From the human T2T-CHM13v2.0 reference genome, Homo sapiens: 64,000 nucleotides of DNA. A program made the translations under genes and the position numbers. This document shows positions 41,391-54,450 of this stretch, piece after piece. The first letter of the stretch is position 1. Each line of letters starts with the position of its first letter. Location: NCBI RefSeq assembly GCF_009914755.1, contig NC_060926.1; one strand, written 5' to 3'. The notes beneath the pieces were generated by a model that searched no databases, was not told the origin of the DNA, and saw nothing but the letters and a program-made list of their open reading frames with translations.

Positions 41391-42929
41391 CTCTAAACGA
41401 ATGAGGTCCACGGCAGCCAGGATGCAGTACCAGGGTGGGCTGACCAGGTGGGATGCCCCTGTCCACAGGACCTACTTTTGGGAGCTACTCTAGGACAGGG
41501 AGCCCCAGCCTTGGTTAGGTCTCTGTTTATTCCTACTGTCTGGCTGGAAACCTGCAACACAGAAAAGCTTAGTACATGATTGCTAGGTTGTAGGGAACAA
41601 TTTGAGAGACCCCCACGCTTTAAATATACTGTGTAACTATGAGGTATCCAGCCATATTGCCCCCAGTCCCCACCCCAGCTTTATTGATCCGTGCCCCTGG
41701 CCTCTGTCAAAGCCTGCTAGACGCCTATGCCTAGGGCCCTTCCCTGATACCCCTGACTGCTTCAGTCCTTGAGCTGCACCACCACCCCTCAGCCTTCCCG
41801 CAGGCTCCCAGGGCAGCAGGCTCCCTGTGATTGACATTTACATATAATGGATGATGTACCCTAGAAGGCCAGCAGTTTTTCTTGCATCTTTTTTGCACCA
41901 AATACTTTCTAAATACACAATTTCCTGACTTAAAGATAACTGAACTATATCTATTCACCCACACATCATCTTCACATCAATACTTAAACTGTCTTAAAGA
42001 CATCATAACAGAGAGGCAGGAGGGCTGCTTGCAACAGAGATGAATAAACCCCTTACTGTGGCAGGGTCCCTATGGTGGTCCCACATATGTATGGGACATG
42101 CGCCACCGCTCCATTCCCCACCCTTGGCAGGCATTGCTCTTTCCTGCTGCGTCTGGTTCAATGTCATGACCCTTGACACTTCACTGGAGGCAGCCACAAC
42201 TAACGAGTTGGTATTGATGCTTGAGACTAAACGTCTCGCCTTCAAGCTGCTGTGCTGGAGTTTCTCTCAGCCATCTCCCACTCTCTAATGATCATCCCCG
42301 TGTCCTCCTGCCGTAGGTGGGTCTGGTTGCTGCCCCCTTCTTCCTATTTTCTTCCACAACTCCTTGCGCCTCTGTTCCTCCTTCTACTACTTCTTTCCAC
42401 CTCTCTCAATCTTGGCTTCTAGAAGCAGCAACAAGCCCAGAGAGGTGCTGGATCACCTGTGTCTCCTTTAGCCGTCAGAGTTTGGACCTTCAGGCAGAAA
42501 CGGCTTCTCCTGGGAGGACGTTCAGCAGCTGAGAGCTGGATGAAAGGCTCAGGTTTTTGGTTTGCTGTTTGGGTAATTTACTCCCTAGAAACTTCTTTAG
42601 TGCTTTTATGTGTTCCTCCTCCTCTGCAACCTTTTTCAAGGGAGGAAAAAAGAAGGGAACGTGCAGCTATTGAGAATCATATTTTCATATGTCATTTATT
42701 CCTTAAGACAACTTTTTCAGATGCGGCTTCTTCCCCCGTTTTACAGATAACAGAGCTGAGGCTCAGACAGATTGAGTGACATTACTGAAGGTGGCTTCGC
42801 TTGTGCCTTGCCTGGAAAGGCAGTCCCAGCCCACTGTGTACTGCCTGCCATGGTTCCAGCCTTCACTGCTTCTCTCGACCAGCTTCATCCTGTCATTGTG
42901 TCAGGTTCCCATTGCTGCCATGGGTGTCA

Positions 42930-43847
<918 letters not shown>

Positions 43848-44209
43848 GGCCTTGGAGATTTTAATCAACATTTTATTCCTGGCTCTTGTCCCCAAGCCAC
43901 AGTCCTTAAAAGGCTCAATTGAAAAAGACAAGTAAGTCAAGCTATAGTGGAGAAGGCTGGGAAGAAAGGTTAACGCTGGCAAGTCTGCTGTGTATACAGA
44001 TACCAAAACAGAAATCTTGTTAACATTCGACAATCCTGGTGTCAAAAATCCCACAGCCAAGCCCACTTTGGGGGAAGCTCCGAAGACTCTGGTTAAATGC
44101 CAATGCTGAGGGGAAAGGGTCACCCAGGGCATTCTTTATTGGCCTTTAGTAACTCAGCTGATGCCATGCCTCAAAGGGCTCAAAGGAGAGCAGATGTTGG
44201 TGGGGGCGG

Positions 44210-44430
44210 GAGCATGGGCCTTGGAGTCCTGCAGGGCCTGGCTCAGACCCCAGTTCTGTCTCTGCCAACTGTGTGACCCCGGGCAAGCCACTTAATCTCT
44301 CTGAGCCTCGATTTCCTCTGCTATACCCCGAGCTGCAAGGCTGTTTTCAGGAATAGATATATAGTGCATTTAACACAAAGTAAGGTCATCATAAGCAGGA
44401 AGTATTTTATTATTATCATTATTATTATTG
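44210..44430 (+). mobile_element. MIR SINE
   Basis: ctgtgtgaccccgggcaagccacttaatctctctgagcctcgatttcctc. Confidence 0.8.
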
Positions 44431-47199
44431 GCCTGGGACCCAGACAGCATAAGGAGCGAAGGAGCTTGGGGTGGACGGGCCTTGGCTGGCCCTGCAGGTG
44501 GGGTGTGGAGGCCACAAAGCAGCAGAAGGAACCTGGTGAGTCACTCTTCCTTGGGCGTAGCTTTTACTTGCTTTTTTCAAGGGCATTTGAAGAGGTGAGA
44601 GGAAGGGATGAAGAGAGTGCAGGGGGCTTACAGGATGGGGATGCTGGCTTTGACCTCCTGGGCCTTCCTTCAGTACACATCCACTGAGCATCTACAACAC
44701 AGCATGTCCTGAAGCTACTCACTGTGTCCAATGATGCTGAGAGGCAGGCCCTGGCCTGTGGGGTCCCCATGACCTGGGTGAGCAGTGTGCTGATGGAATG
44801 GGCCACCACACTGCAGGACCAGAGAAGAGGGACTCAGGCTGTGCCCTCTGAGACAGCTTAGAGCAGACCTTACACAGAGGGGAGGCTTGGCTGCAGTCAT
44901 GAAGGGTGATCAGTTCACCCAGGAGACAAGCCGCAGAGGGCCCTCCAGATGGCAGGAGTGGCATGGGCAGGGCTTGGGATCCTGCGTAAGTGTGGAGGCT
45001 GGAGTGCATGCCTTGGGGATGCCGGAGCCTAGCTGTGCTCGGTGAGAGGGAGGCTGCAGGGAAGGAGGATCGGGATGCCGGTGGAGCTGCTTGATCCTCT
45101 GAAGACAGGAGGCCATTGAGGGCGCTTCCACGGGGATTGGTGAGACCAGATCCAAGTACCAAAAGCATCATTCTGGGGACCAGGACTGGAAGGGGAGGCT
45201 GGATAAACAGCTCAGGGGAGGAACAGAAGGGCCAGAAGATAGATGGATGCGTAGTTTCCCCGCCCAGCAATGTCGCCACCTGGCTGTGCGCTGCACCCTC
45301 AGTTTCCCCATCTGTGAAGGGGGGATTGCCCTGAGGGATCTTAGTAGCCCCTCCCGCTCCGAGATGCTGCAGCACTCCTCTCTGGGCCCCCACACAGCTT
45401 TGCCTCTCAGGCCAGCCCTTGGAAACGATGCTGGGTGAGGCTTGGAGGGTTTCAGGAGGAAGGGTTTCTGAGTGACCCTGCCACCCCCTGGCATGGCTGC
45501 AATGGCTACAACTGAGGGGCCGTAGAATCTGGCTTCTGTGAGTTATTCCATTAATATTCCCTCCAGGAAGCTTTGCCAGACAGGGAGGAGGCAGGGGGCA
45601 GATGGGGCACTGAGAGGCCAAGTAATCTGCTTAAGGTCACCCAGCAAAGCAGCAGCAAGCTGGACCGGGCCCCAGGCCTCCAGATGTCCAGTCTGATGCC
45701 CTGCCCACTGGACCATGAGGCCTTTAATGAGGCCACCTCCATGGGGGCTGTGGGCTGGCCCACCGCCCAGGGCCGATGACTTGCCAGGCATCCCAATCAG
45801 CCACTCCGGAGAGGCCCTGCCCTTGGCGGCCATGCACAGAGGCTGGGTGTGAGCATGCCAGCTGAGACTGGAGGCTCTGCAAGGTAGCCCCTAGGTCTGA
45901 GCATGCCCAACCCTCCATCCAGGACCCCTGAGGAACAGGGTTCTACATCCAGAAAGAGGCCAGCCACGTCTCAGGGGCTGGGGTGCTGCAGGCATCATCA
46001 CTCACAGGTCCTCCAAGCTGGGCCTCGGCACCTGGGCCAGGGTCCTGGGGGGATGACCCCAGCCCGCTTGAGCTGCTGAATTTGCAGTGCGTGTTGCTGG
46101 CATCCATGGCCAGCACTGTCTGCCTCTATACTCCATTCCGGAGCCCAGAGCCAGGGCTGCATGGTGACCCCTGCACCCAGCCCTTCATGGACAGAAGACA
46201 ACACAGAGTGTCAGAGGGGGCAGGACTGGGCCTGGGTCACATGGGGAGATGGTGAAAAAGGCAGGGCTCAAATAGGGTCTCCTGGCTTCCAGGCCAGCTT
46301 CCTGCATTGCCCTATAAAGTCTCAGCTTTGTCTTCATCCTAATAACACCTGGAAAAGCCACCTCCGCTGAGCCATAACCAGGACCCATGGGCACTGGCTG
46401 AGCTTCTGGGGGCTCCCTGTTTCTCTCTGGGCCTTGTTCTCAGGGTGAAAGCAGACCGCCCGGGACTTCTGATCCTGCAGCCCAGGGCAAAAGCACACAG
46501 GGCAGACCAGAGCAGAGGGGCTGCAGCCTCACCCTGGTGCTACTGGTGGGATATGGAGAGTAAACAGGGGAGGCTGCCCAGGCCGCACAGCACTGTCAGG
46601 GGCCTAGGTTTGAATCCGATCTCTGCCACCTCTTCAGCTCTCATACTCTTGGGTTGCATTTGCATTTGGGAATTGGACAGTGACACACGACAGAAGGGCC
46701 TAGGAGACCCCTTTCGCCAAAGTTGAGTCTCCTTGGGACAGCCTGGGGGGCGGGTCCAGGTGCCGGGGCTCCAGGGCAGCCAGGAGCATGGCAGACCTCA
46801 TGGCCGGGAGGTGGCTCTCTCTGCCTGCCTCCCGCCCCAGCATAGCTGGCAGCCGGACCCAGCAAGGGCTGGGGGTGCCATTTCTTTCCCAGGGCTTAAC
46901 CTCCCCCTCCTCTTCCCTTTTCTCTCTTTGGTTTCAAGACCCCCCCCCACCCCCCCAACACACACACCTCAAAGAGACTCAATTCATTTAATCCCCTCCC
47001 CCACCCTATCCCGGGCCCTTCCAAGAATGCTCCCGGCCTGCCCCCCATTTCCCCTTGCCCCAGCCGTTTAGGGGGTGGACAGGAGCGAGTCACTGAAAGA
47101 GGGGGCAAGGGAGGGATAAAGTAAAAAAGCACATGCCCAACCACAACAACAAAACCCCCCAGCACCCCACATTATGCTCCACAAAGCTGGAAATACACA

Positions 47200-47860
47200 A
47201 CAAGCCGGCATCTGTGTGGAATAATAAAAGCGGGTGTGGACGTGTCGTTCTCACAGGGCATTTGGCTGAGCCCGGGCAACGCGAAAGCATGCATAGTTAA
47301 CGCTCCTGACTGTGTGAAACCCTTTGTCGCGGCACCGGCTCCGCGAGGGACCCAGGGCCCGGGGCTTGGCAAGGGCCCGAGACATTTCTTGGAATGGTTT
47401 CGTGTTCATCACTGACACTCGTAATGAGAAATTTATACACCATCCTAAGCGGATAAATTAATTTCAAACACTTTAGACTTTGGAAGACAATGGTTCCTGG
47501 CAGGACCCTTTATCACCCATTTTATTAAAAAAAAAAAAAAGAAAGAAAGAAAGGGAAGAGAAAAAACCCTCAGGACGTTGCAAACAAAACCCCTATGCCC
47601 GGCTCTGGAGCTCGCTGTCCAGGGCTGGGGAGGACCCGCTCGGTCCCCATGTGGGCTGGGGGCCTGTGGGTCACTTTGAAACTTCATTAAAGGGTGTGCA
47701 GCTCCCCAGGCTGTCCCCTCTCCCCTGGGGAGCACAGCTTCCGCTCACCCCTGGCTCCGTTTGAAGTTGGCATTCTGGCCAAGGAGTTGGGTTTCTCAGG
47801 CTGCGTTTGTGAAAGGTAATTAAATTGTGATAATGTTTCCATTCAGACCCCAGCTTGGGT
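47200..47860. promoter_or_regulatory. Candidate developmental enhancer block
   Basis: Unique sequence with CpGs, ATAATAAAA 47221, CCTTTGT 47321, CTCGTAA 47418, ATAAATTAATT 47453, ACAATGG 47487 and TAATTA 47817. Confidence 0.5.
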
Positions 47861-48434
47861 GAAGCGTGGGGACTCGTCAGATAGACATGTTCTCGCAGTC
47901 CACTAAACACGCAGGCCAGCCTGGCAGGAGCCCCTGCCAGGGCCTGGGGGTGGGGTGTCCTGAGCTTCCCACCCAGCCAGGGACCAGCCTGCTCGAGCCA
48001 TGTGGAAATGAGGGTCGTCAGGAGGAGCAGGCAGCAATGCAGGGTCTCTGCCTAGAGTCCCCTCTGGGTGGCACTGCTTGATGCACCTGCCGGTGACCCG
48101 GCCAGTCACTGTGGGTGTCAGAGGGAGGAGGAAGGGTGCTGGTCTCTGCGTGGGCATGAACTGGGTTCTGTCTCAGGCCCCAGACCCCTCAGCTTCCTCC
48201 CTCTGCTGGTCAGAAGGGTGTGCGGAGCTCCTTGAGTCTGCACCCCACCTGCCCGAGCTTCCCTCCTGCAAACCTCTCCTCCTGGCAAGCCCCTAGCTCT
48301 ACTCTGACCCTAGCTTCCCCGTGTGCCACCCACCCTTCACTTCCACACCTACCCCTTCAAAGGCCCCCAGTCACCTCTGTTCAGCAGCTCTCAACCTTTG
48401 CCGAGTTGGAGCACACATAGAAAATTAGTGACTT

Positions 48435-48555
48435 GGCCAAGCACAGTGGCTCATCCCTGTAATCTCAGCACTTTGGGAGGCCAAGGAGGGGCGGATCACT
48501 TGAGGTCAGGAGTTCCAGACCAACTTGGCCAATATGACGAAACTCCATCTCCATT

Positions 48556-48610
<55 letters not shown>

Positions 48611-48765
48611 GCCAGGTGTGGTGGTACGCACCTGTAATCCCAGCTACTCGGAATGCTGAGGCAGGAGAATCACTTGAACCCAGGAGGCGGAGGTTGCAGT
48701 GAGCCTATCGTGCCACTGCACTCCAGCCTGGGTGACAGAGTGAGACTCCGTCTCAAAAAAAAAAA
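48435..48765 (+). mobile_element. Alu (AluS) with (AC)25 in the central linker
   Basis: Full Alu with TSD aaaattagtgactt at 48421-48434 and 48766-48779. Confidence 0.96.
48559..48608 (+). repeat. Perfect (AC)25 microsatellite
   Basis: 25 uninterrupted AC units. Confidence 0.97.
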
Positions 48766-49049
48766 AAAATTAGTGACTTATTCAGTGCTTTGGAGTCAAG
48801 AGGAAACATTAAGGGTGCTACAGGGGAAAATTATATTTTCTCTACTTTATAAAGTGATGCTAAGAAAATGAAAGTAAAATGTAAAAGGGAGAATAACATA
48901 TAACACATTTATATAAGCTTCCAAAACAATTTTTAAAAAACTATTAAATGAGAAGCAGCTTCTTCCATGAACAAAACTTGCTTTTGTATAAGGCTTAATG
49001 CTTAAGGTGGCCTCATGGGATTCCAGAGCAAGAGGTTTCTTATTTGTTC

Positions 49050-49200
49050 TTTATTTTTTTAAATTTTGAAATAATTACGGATTCACAAAAAGTGGCACAA
49101 ACAGTACAGAGAGGTCTTATCCACCCATTACCTAGCCTCCACCCGTGGTGATAGCTTACATCACCACAGTGCATTTCCAAAACCAGGAAACTGATCAAGA
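49050..49200 (-). mobile_element. L1MB/MC 3'-end fragment
   Basis: aattttgaaataatt...gattcacaaaaagt...acagtacagagagg...aaaaccaggaaactga. Confidence 0.7.
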
Positions 49201-49404
49201 GTTTTTAATGGCAAGGCCTTCAAACTCTTGATCATGCCCTTGAATGAGAAATGTAAATTCACACAAGCAGGTGATACAAATTTAAAACCAACTTATAACC
49301 GTTGAAGCTAGATTTAAAAAGCCTAACAACTGCCCTTCCTTTTCTCTCCTTGACAAATGTGACATGGAACTGTCTGGCTGTACAAGCGGTTGTCCTGTTC
49401 TGCT

Positions 49405-49407
<3 letters not shown>

Positions 49408-49435
<28 letters not shown>
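49408..49435 (+). repeat. Poly(T)28
   Basis: 28 consecutive T in unique sequence. Confidence 0.95.
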
Positions 49436-49699
49436 GTGAGAAGTGTTTTTCAATGATGATGAAGCAGCTCTGGTTTTCACAGTTGGCTCAGTGGCTCGCC
49501 CCTGGCGCAGGCACGGCTGAGGGGGCCCACGGCCTACTTGACTGCAGTGGGGCCTTGGGGATGGCCCAGGTCTGTGCGCCTGGGAGCTCCTGCTCAACTT
49601 CTACCCCTGTACCCCCACCCCTAACCCTTTTCCTGCCTGGCCACCCTGCATCTCCAGCTGCGACGTTATGAACCCTTCAGCCATGCTGTTAGCCAGCTC

Positions 49700-49950
49700 C
49701 TACTGTTTGACATCTTTGCTTCATCAGCATCTCCTCCAGGAAGCCCTCTTGGATTTGTCCCATTTTTTCCCTCATGCTGTGGTGACCTCTGTCATCACCA
49801 GATCATACTACATGGTTCTTTTTGTTAATTGGTCTGTCTGCCACAGAAGTGTGGCATCCTGAAGGCAGGGCCGGGCCTGATTCTTCTTGGTGCTCCCTGC
49901 ACCCTACTCACGGCCTGGCACACAGTAGGTACTTGGCGTTTGTTAGATGC
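49700..49950 (+). mobile_element. L2 LINE 3' end
   Basis: ctcctccaggaagccct...cctgaaggcaggg...gcctggcacacagtaggtact. Confidence 0.75.
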
Positions 49951-50787
49951 AGAGCCAAGGGCTCACTGTGATCACTCATTCTCTCCCTGAACACTGCCTA
50001 TGACAGAGTGCTCCCTGCTTTGCAAACCCCTTCAATGTGCACAATTGTTAGAAGATTCTTCCTGTAATGGCTTGAAGTATCCTAGTCCCAGCTCTGCCCT
50101 CTGGAGTATTTTCCCAGGCAGCCGTGATTCCTCAAACAAGCTCAGCTGAGCCCCCGTGCTCCTAACACCAAGTCCTCTGGAACCCAGCGCTCTTCTCTAG
50201 GCTGCTCAGGATGGAGTGGCCCCCATGCGGGAAGGGGAGGAGCAGTCGTGAGCCTAGTGCCTGGGCCATCACCTGCTTCAAGCATCCCTCCTTCTCCAGG
50301 GTCAACAAAGTCCTGCACTTGAGGAGCCCTCATCTAGCAGGGGACAAGTGGAACAAGTAAATGCACAGAAAAGCAGAGCGTGGCATGGCCGGCCTGCTGC
50401 CTATCGCTGTCTGTTCCCCTCAGTGTGCAGTTGCCTCTATTCCTGAGGCCTTTTCCTTGAAGGCTTCTGCTGAGCCAGCTGCCCCCTCCCTGGCTGCCCT
50501 CGTCCCTAGCACCCCTCCTCTGCAGATCCTTCTCCCCAGCTCTCCCTCCTCCCCCATTCCCCCTCTTCTTTCACTCTCCCTTTTCCCTCACTCACCCTCC
50601 TCCCCAGTTCATTCCTCCTTAGCTCATAGTCCTCCCTGGCACCACCTTCTTCCCAGGTCCCCGCTTTCCAAATTTCCTTCCTCCTCTCCAATTCCCCTTC
50701 TGCCCCACCTTCTCCTCCTCTCCAGCTCACCCTCCTTCTCAGTTCTCCCCACCTGCTCCCTCTTCTCCTTGGCTTTTCCTCATCTCC

Positions 50788-51496
50788 ACTCTCCCTCCTC
50801 CCTGACTCTCCCTCCTCCCTGACTCTCCCTCCTCCCTGATTCTCCCTCCACCTGGACTCTCCCTCCTCCTGGACTCTCCTTCCTCCCTGACTCTCCCTGA
50901 CTCTCTCTCCTCCCTGACTCTCCCTTCTCCTGGACTCTCCCTCCTTTCTGACTCTCCCTCCCCTCTGACTCTCCTTCCTCTCTGACTCTCCCTCCTCTCT
51001 GACTCTCCTTCCTCTCTGACTCTCCCTCCTCCTGGACTCTCCCTCCTCCCTGGCTCTCCCTGACTCTCTCCTCCCTGACTCTCCTTTCTCCTGGACTCTC
51101 CCTCCTCCCTGACTCTCTCTCCTCCCTGACTCTCCCTCCTGCCTGATTCTCCCTCCTCCCTGATTCTCCCTCCACCTGGACTCTCCCTCCTCCCTGACTC
51201 TCCCTCCTCCTGGACTCTCCCTCCTCCCTGACTCTCCCTGACTCTCTCTCCTCCCTGACTCTCCCTTCTCCTGGACTCTCCCTCTTTTCTGACTCTCCCT
51301 CCCCTCTGACTCTCCTTCCTCTCTGACTCTCCCTCCTCTCTGACTCTTCTTCCTCTCTGACTCTCCCTCCTCCTGGACTCTCCCTCCTCCCTGGCTCTCC
51401 CTGACTCTCTCCTCCCTGACTCTCCTTTCTCCTGGACTCTCCCTCCTCTCTGACTCTCCCTCTTCCTGGACTCTCCCTCCTCCCTGACTCTCCTGA
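50788..51496 (+). repeat. 17-bp polypyrimidine minisatellite (GACTCTCCCTCCTCCCT, ~40 units) with higher-order repeat
   Basis: Units are directly visible. Variant units recur at a 341-bp offset (50950/51291 and 51051/51392). A C/T-rich low-complexity tract precedes it from ~50500. Confidence 0.95.
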
Positions 51497-51614
51497 TCTG
51501 CCCTGAATCTCCCTCTGGTCAGTGTCCTCCCAACCCTGTTGTTGGGCCCTGCACTGCCGAGGCTCAAAATGTAAATGATCACCTTGTATTAGGAATGATG
51601 TGACTTTGACACTC

Positions 51615-51770
51615 AAAGTCTCTGTGCCTCAGTTTTCCTTATCTACAAAGTTAGAATAATGACAGCACTTGCGTAATAGGATTGTTGTAAGGATTAGACT
51701 AGGGAATATATGCAAAGAGTTTAGAACAATGCCTGACACTCAATACATGTCTTAGCTATATTAGCATTTT
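51615..51770 (+). mobile_element. MIR SINE
   Basis: tctgtgcctcagttttccttatctacaaa...taggattgttgtaaggatta...tagaacaatgcctgacac. Confidence 0.8.
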
Positions 51771-52074
51771 CCAAAATTGCCTAATTCATTTTCTTATGTA
51801 TTTTGTAATTGTTTGCTTCCCCCAGAACCTTACTTTCCCTGGCCTGGAAGGGCAAGATCCCCCTTGGGTACCCCTATTCCCACTGTATAAACAGGACCTA
51901 GAATGTGCAAGGCACATATTAGGTGTCCATTGGATATCAGTTGAATAAAGGATTGAACAAAAGCCTGAAAATGATTCCTTCCTGGCCTTCTCCAGGCTCT
52001 TGAGAGTCTCAGATGCAGCAACAGGAGCTGCTGTTTCACACACAATTCCAGGAAAAGCTCTGCTGGATTTCCAT

Positions 52075-52230
52075 TCAAATTCTGCCTCCACTCCCTCCTA
52101 GCCACGTGGCCTTCGGCAGGTCACTTAGCCTGTCTAAGCCCCTCAAATGTAAAACAAAAATATAAAACTGCCCTAATCTCATGGAGTGGTTGTGAGGATT
52201 ACGTGAAAGTAAGTTTATCAAAAGCCTGAT
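52075..52230 (+). mobile_element. MIR SINE
   Basis: ttcaaattctgcctccact...ggcaggtcacttagcct...ggttgtgaggatta. Confidence 0.65.
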
Positions 52231-53299
52231 AATTTTTGTCTTCTGCTGAGTAGTTCTTTCTGTCATCTGAACAATTGATAAGTGGATTCTCTAAGTCCTT
52301 ATTGGATGCATTGATGATAATACTCTGGGGCAGGAGTAGATCACAGGAACCAAGCCTGCAGCCACTCTGCTGGACACCTCAGCCGGGCTGACTTGGGGCC
52401 AGTGGTCATTCCCGTTTGAATACAATCATTTAACCAGTTCAAAGTCCAATGACCTGTTCTAATGTCCCCTCAGCATTTCCCCACTTCCTCCACAAGCCCA
52501 GTGGAGCCTAGGAATGATCCAGGTGGATGGTATCACGGATCCAGTACCTCTAACATGAGAAATTCTTGCAAATGCTTGCTTAAAATAGATATACTTTCTG
52601 TTGGCTGCTGCCCCTGACCTCTGAAGCTCATATGTTCACCGCGAGAGGAAAAGGGGAGTTTGTTGCGGTCTATTCTCAGAAGAAACACATTCCTTCCAAA
52701 TTCTTTCCAAATCCTTCTCCAAATTTTAGAAGAGAATGTAGTGGGCTTATGGGGGAAGGAGAAGAAAAGTAGTGGTTTCTTTTTCCAGCTCTCTTGGAAA
52801 GCCACATCTCATGTGAGTCTCACATGCAGTATTTATTATCCCATTTCACAGATGGGGGAAGGCAGGCTCAGGGACTCATACAAGGTCACACAATCCAGAA
52901 AGATTCTCTCCCAGCTCCATCTAGTTCCAAACCCTTTTCTCTTTCCCCAGTACCATGCTGCCTCCCACCAGCTGTAGTTACTTAAAATGTGCTTGCTTCC
53001 TGTCTGGGGGATGATCAATTTGGTTGTGTATCCAGGCTCCAGCTCTCCAGGATTCCTCCAAGGTTTTTGATGGAGGGGCTGAGTTCACATCCACAAATTC
53101 CCCTGGTATCCTGGGAGGTCATTTGTCTGGGCCAAGAAGCTGGAGCTCATTTGAGGCCACCCTGTGCTCTTCAACCCTCCCCTCCCTATCCTGTGGCTGC
53201 ACTTCCCTCTTTGCGATATGGAGGCGGCACACCTGCACTGGACGACCCTTCTTTTGACTGCCACAGGGAGCCACAGCCCTCTCTGCTCTGAGTCCCCAC

Positions 53300-53640
53300 C
53301 ATGTGAAAATTACTAAGTCTTCAACATGCTGTTACTCATAGGAGCAATGGCCAGTACATGAGAAAGGCCTCATTTCAAATAAATAATGGCCACCGTTGAC
53401 AATGGAAGTATAAACATGACCCAATACATGAATTGCTCATCATTGTCCCTGTTAATAGACACTCATCTTTACTGTGCACACAGGTGGTCTAAGGCTGATG
53501 CTCACAAGAGGACAACGAGTAACATTAGCTGGGAGGGGCCAGTGAGTGCTGAGGTCAGCTAAACTGCAAATCAAGGGAGAGAGGCTGGCATTCCCTCAAC
53601 CCCAAACCCATATAACAGGGTGACTGGGTCAACTTAATTG
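53300..53640. promoter_or_regulatory. Candidate SOX/FOX enhancer
   Basis: AT-richer unique block with AAATAAATA, ACAATGG 53399, TATAAACA 53409 and CATTGTC 53441. Confidence 0.35.
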
Positions 53641-54289
53641 GGTTGCTCAGGAGAGCAGCAATCAGGAAGTGTGGGCTATGCTCACATCCTGGGTGGGAGA
53701 ATGCTTTCTCTGTTTAGTTCAAAACAGATGGGTCCTTGGGAGACAGATACACACATGCCCACTCACACACACACACATGCGAACACACACCCATGCACAC
53801 ACGCATGTACTCATGACACTACACATGTGTGCACATGAGAACACATGGATATGCATGTGTTTGCACACACACCTGTGTGAGGTCCACTCGGATTTTTCAA
53901 AGGACCCCATCCAGTTCTGTGTTTCCTTACACTTTATCGCCCAGTATTGATGTCTCTTATAGCCAGAAGAGGTCTCAGGAATCGACCAGTTCAACCCTCT
54001 TCTTTAGTGTTTTATTGGCAATAAAATGAGGCCATGAGAGGGGCGGCGACCCTCCCAAATGACATATGACGAGTTGAAAATGCTGAGTGGTCCCTGGGTC
54101 TCCACACCTGCAGCCCAGAGCCTCGCGTGGATGCCCTCAGGTTGCTAGTGTGTCCTGGCTCCAGGCTGCAGCCTGTCTGTGAGGGGGAAGAGAGGTCTGC
54201 AGAAGAAGGTCATGAAATGGTGAATAGTGGCAGGAGAAGTTCCTGAGAAGCTGCTGGAGGCATAGACACTGAGCTGGACAGTTTCTATC

Positions 54290-54450
54290 CACAGTCTTCT
54301 TTAAAACTCCAACAACCCTATGAGAGGAAAGCCACCATTAATTTACAGATGGGGAAACTGAGTCTTGCAGAAGCTAAGGCTCTTGCCCAAGGTCAGAACT
54401 GTTCAGCAGCAGAGCTTGGTGGGGATTTGGGGTGTACTCAGATCTGCTTC
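54290..54450 (-). mobile_element. MIR SINE
   Basis: caacaaccctatgag...tttacagatggggaaactgag...cttgcccaaggtca. Confidence 0.8.

Noticed and set aside
44719-45621. 300-aa minus-strand ORF
   Set aside because: Low-information P/S/L/G composition typical of GC-rich non-coding DNA, includes MIR-derived FTDGETE, and has no family resemblance.
50506-51616. Long minus-strand ORFs (358 aa and 278 aa) rich in G/E/R/S
   Set aside because: They are translations of the 17-bp minisatellite, whose purine strand lacks stop codons. There is no other coding evidence.
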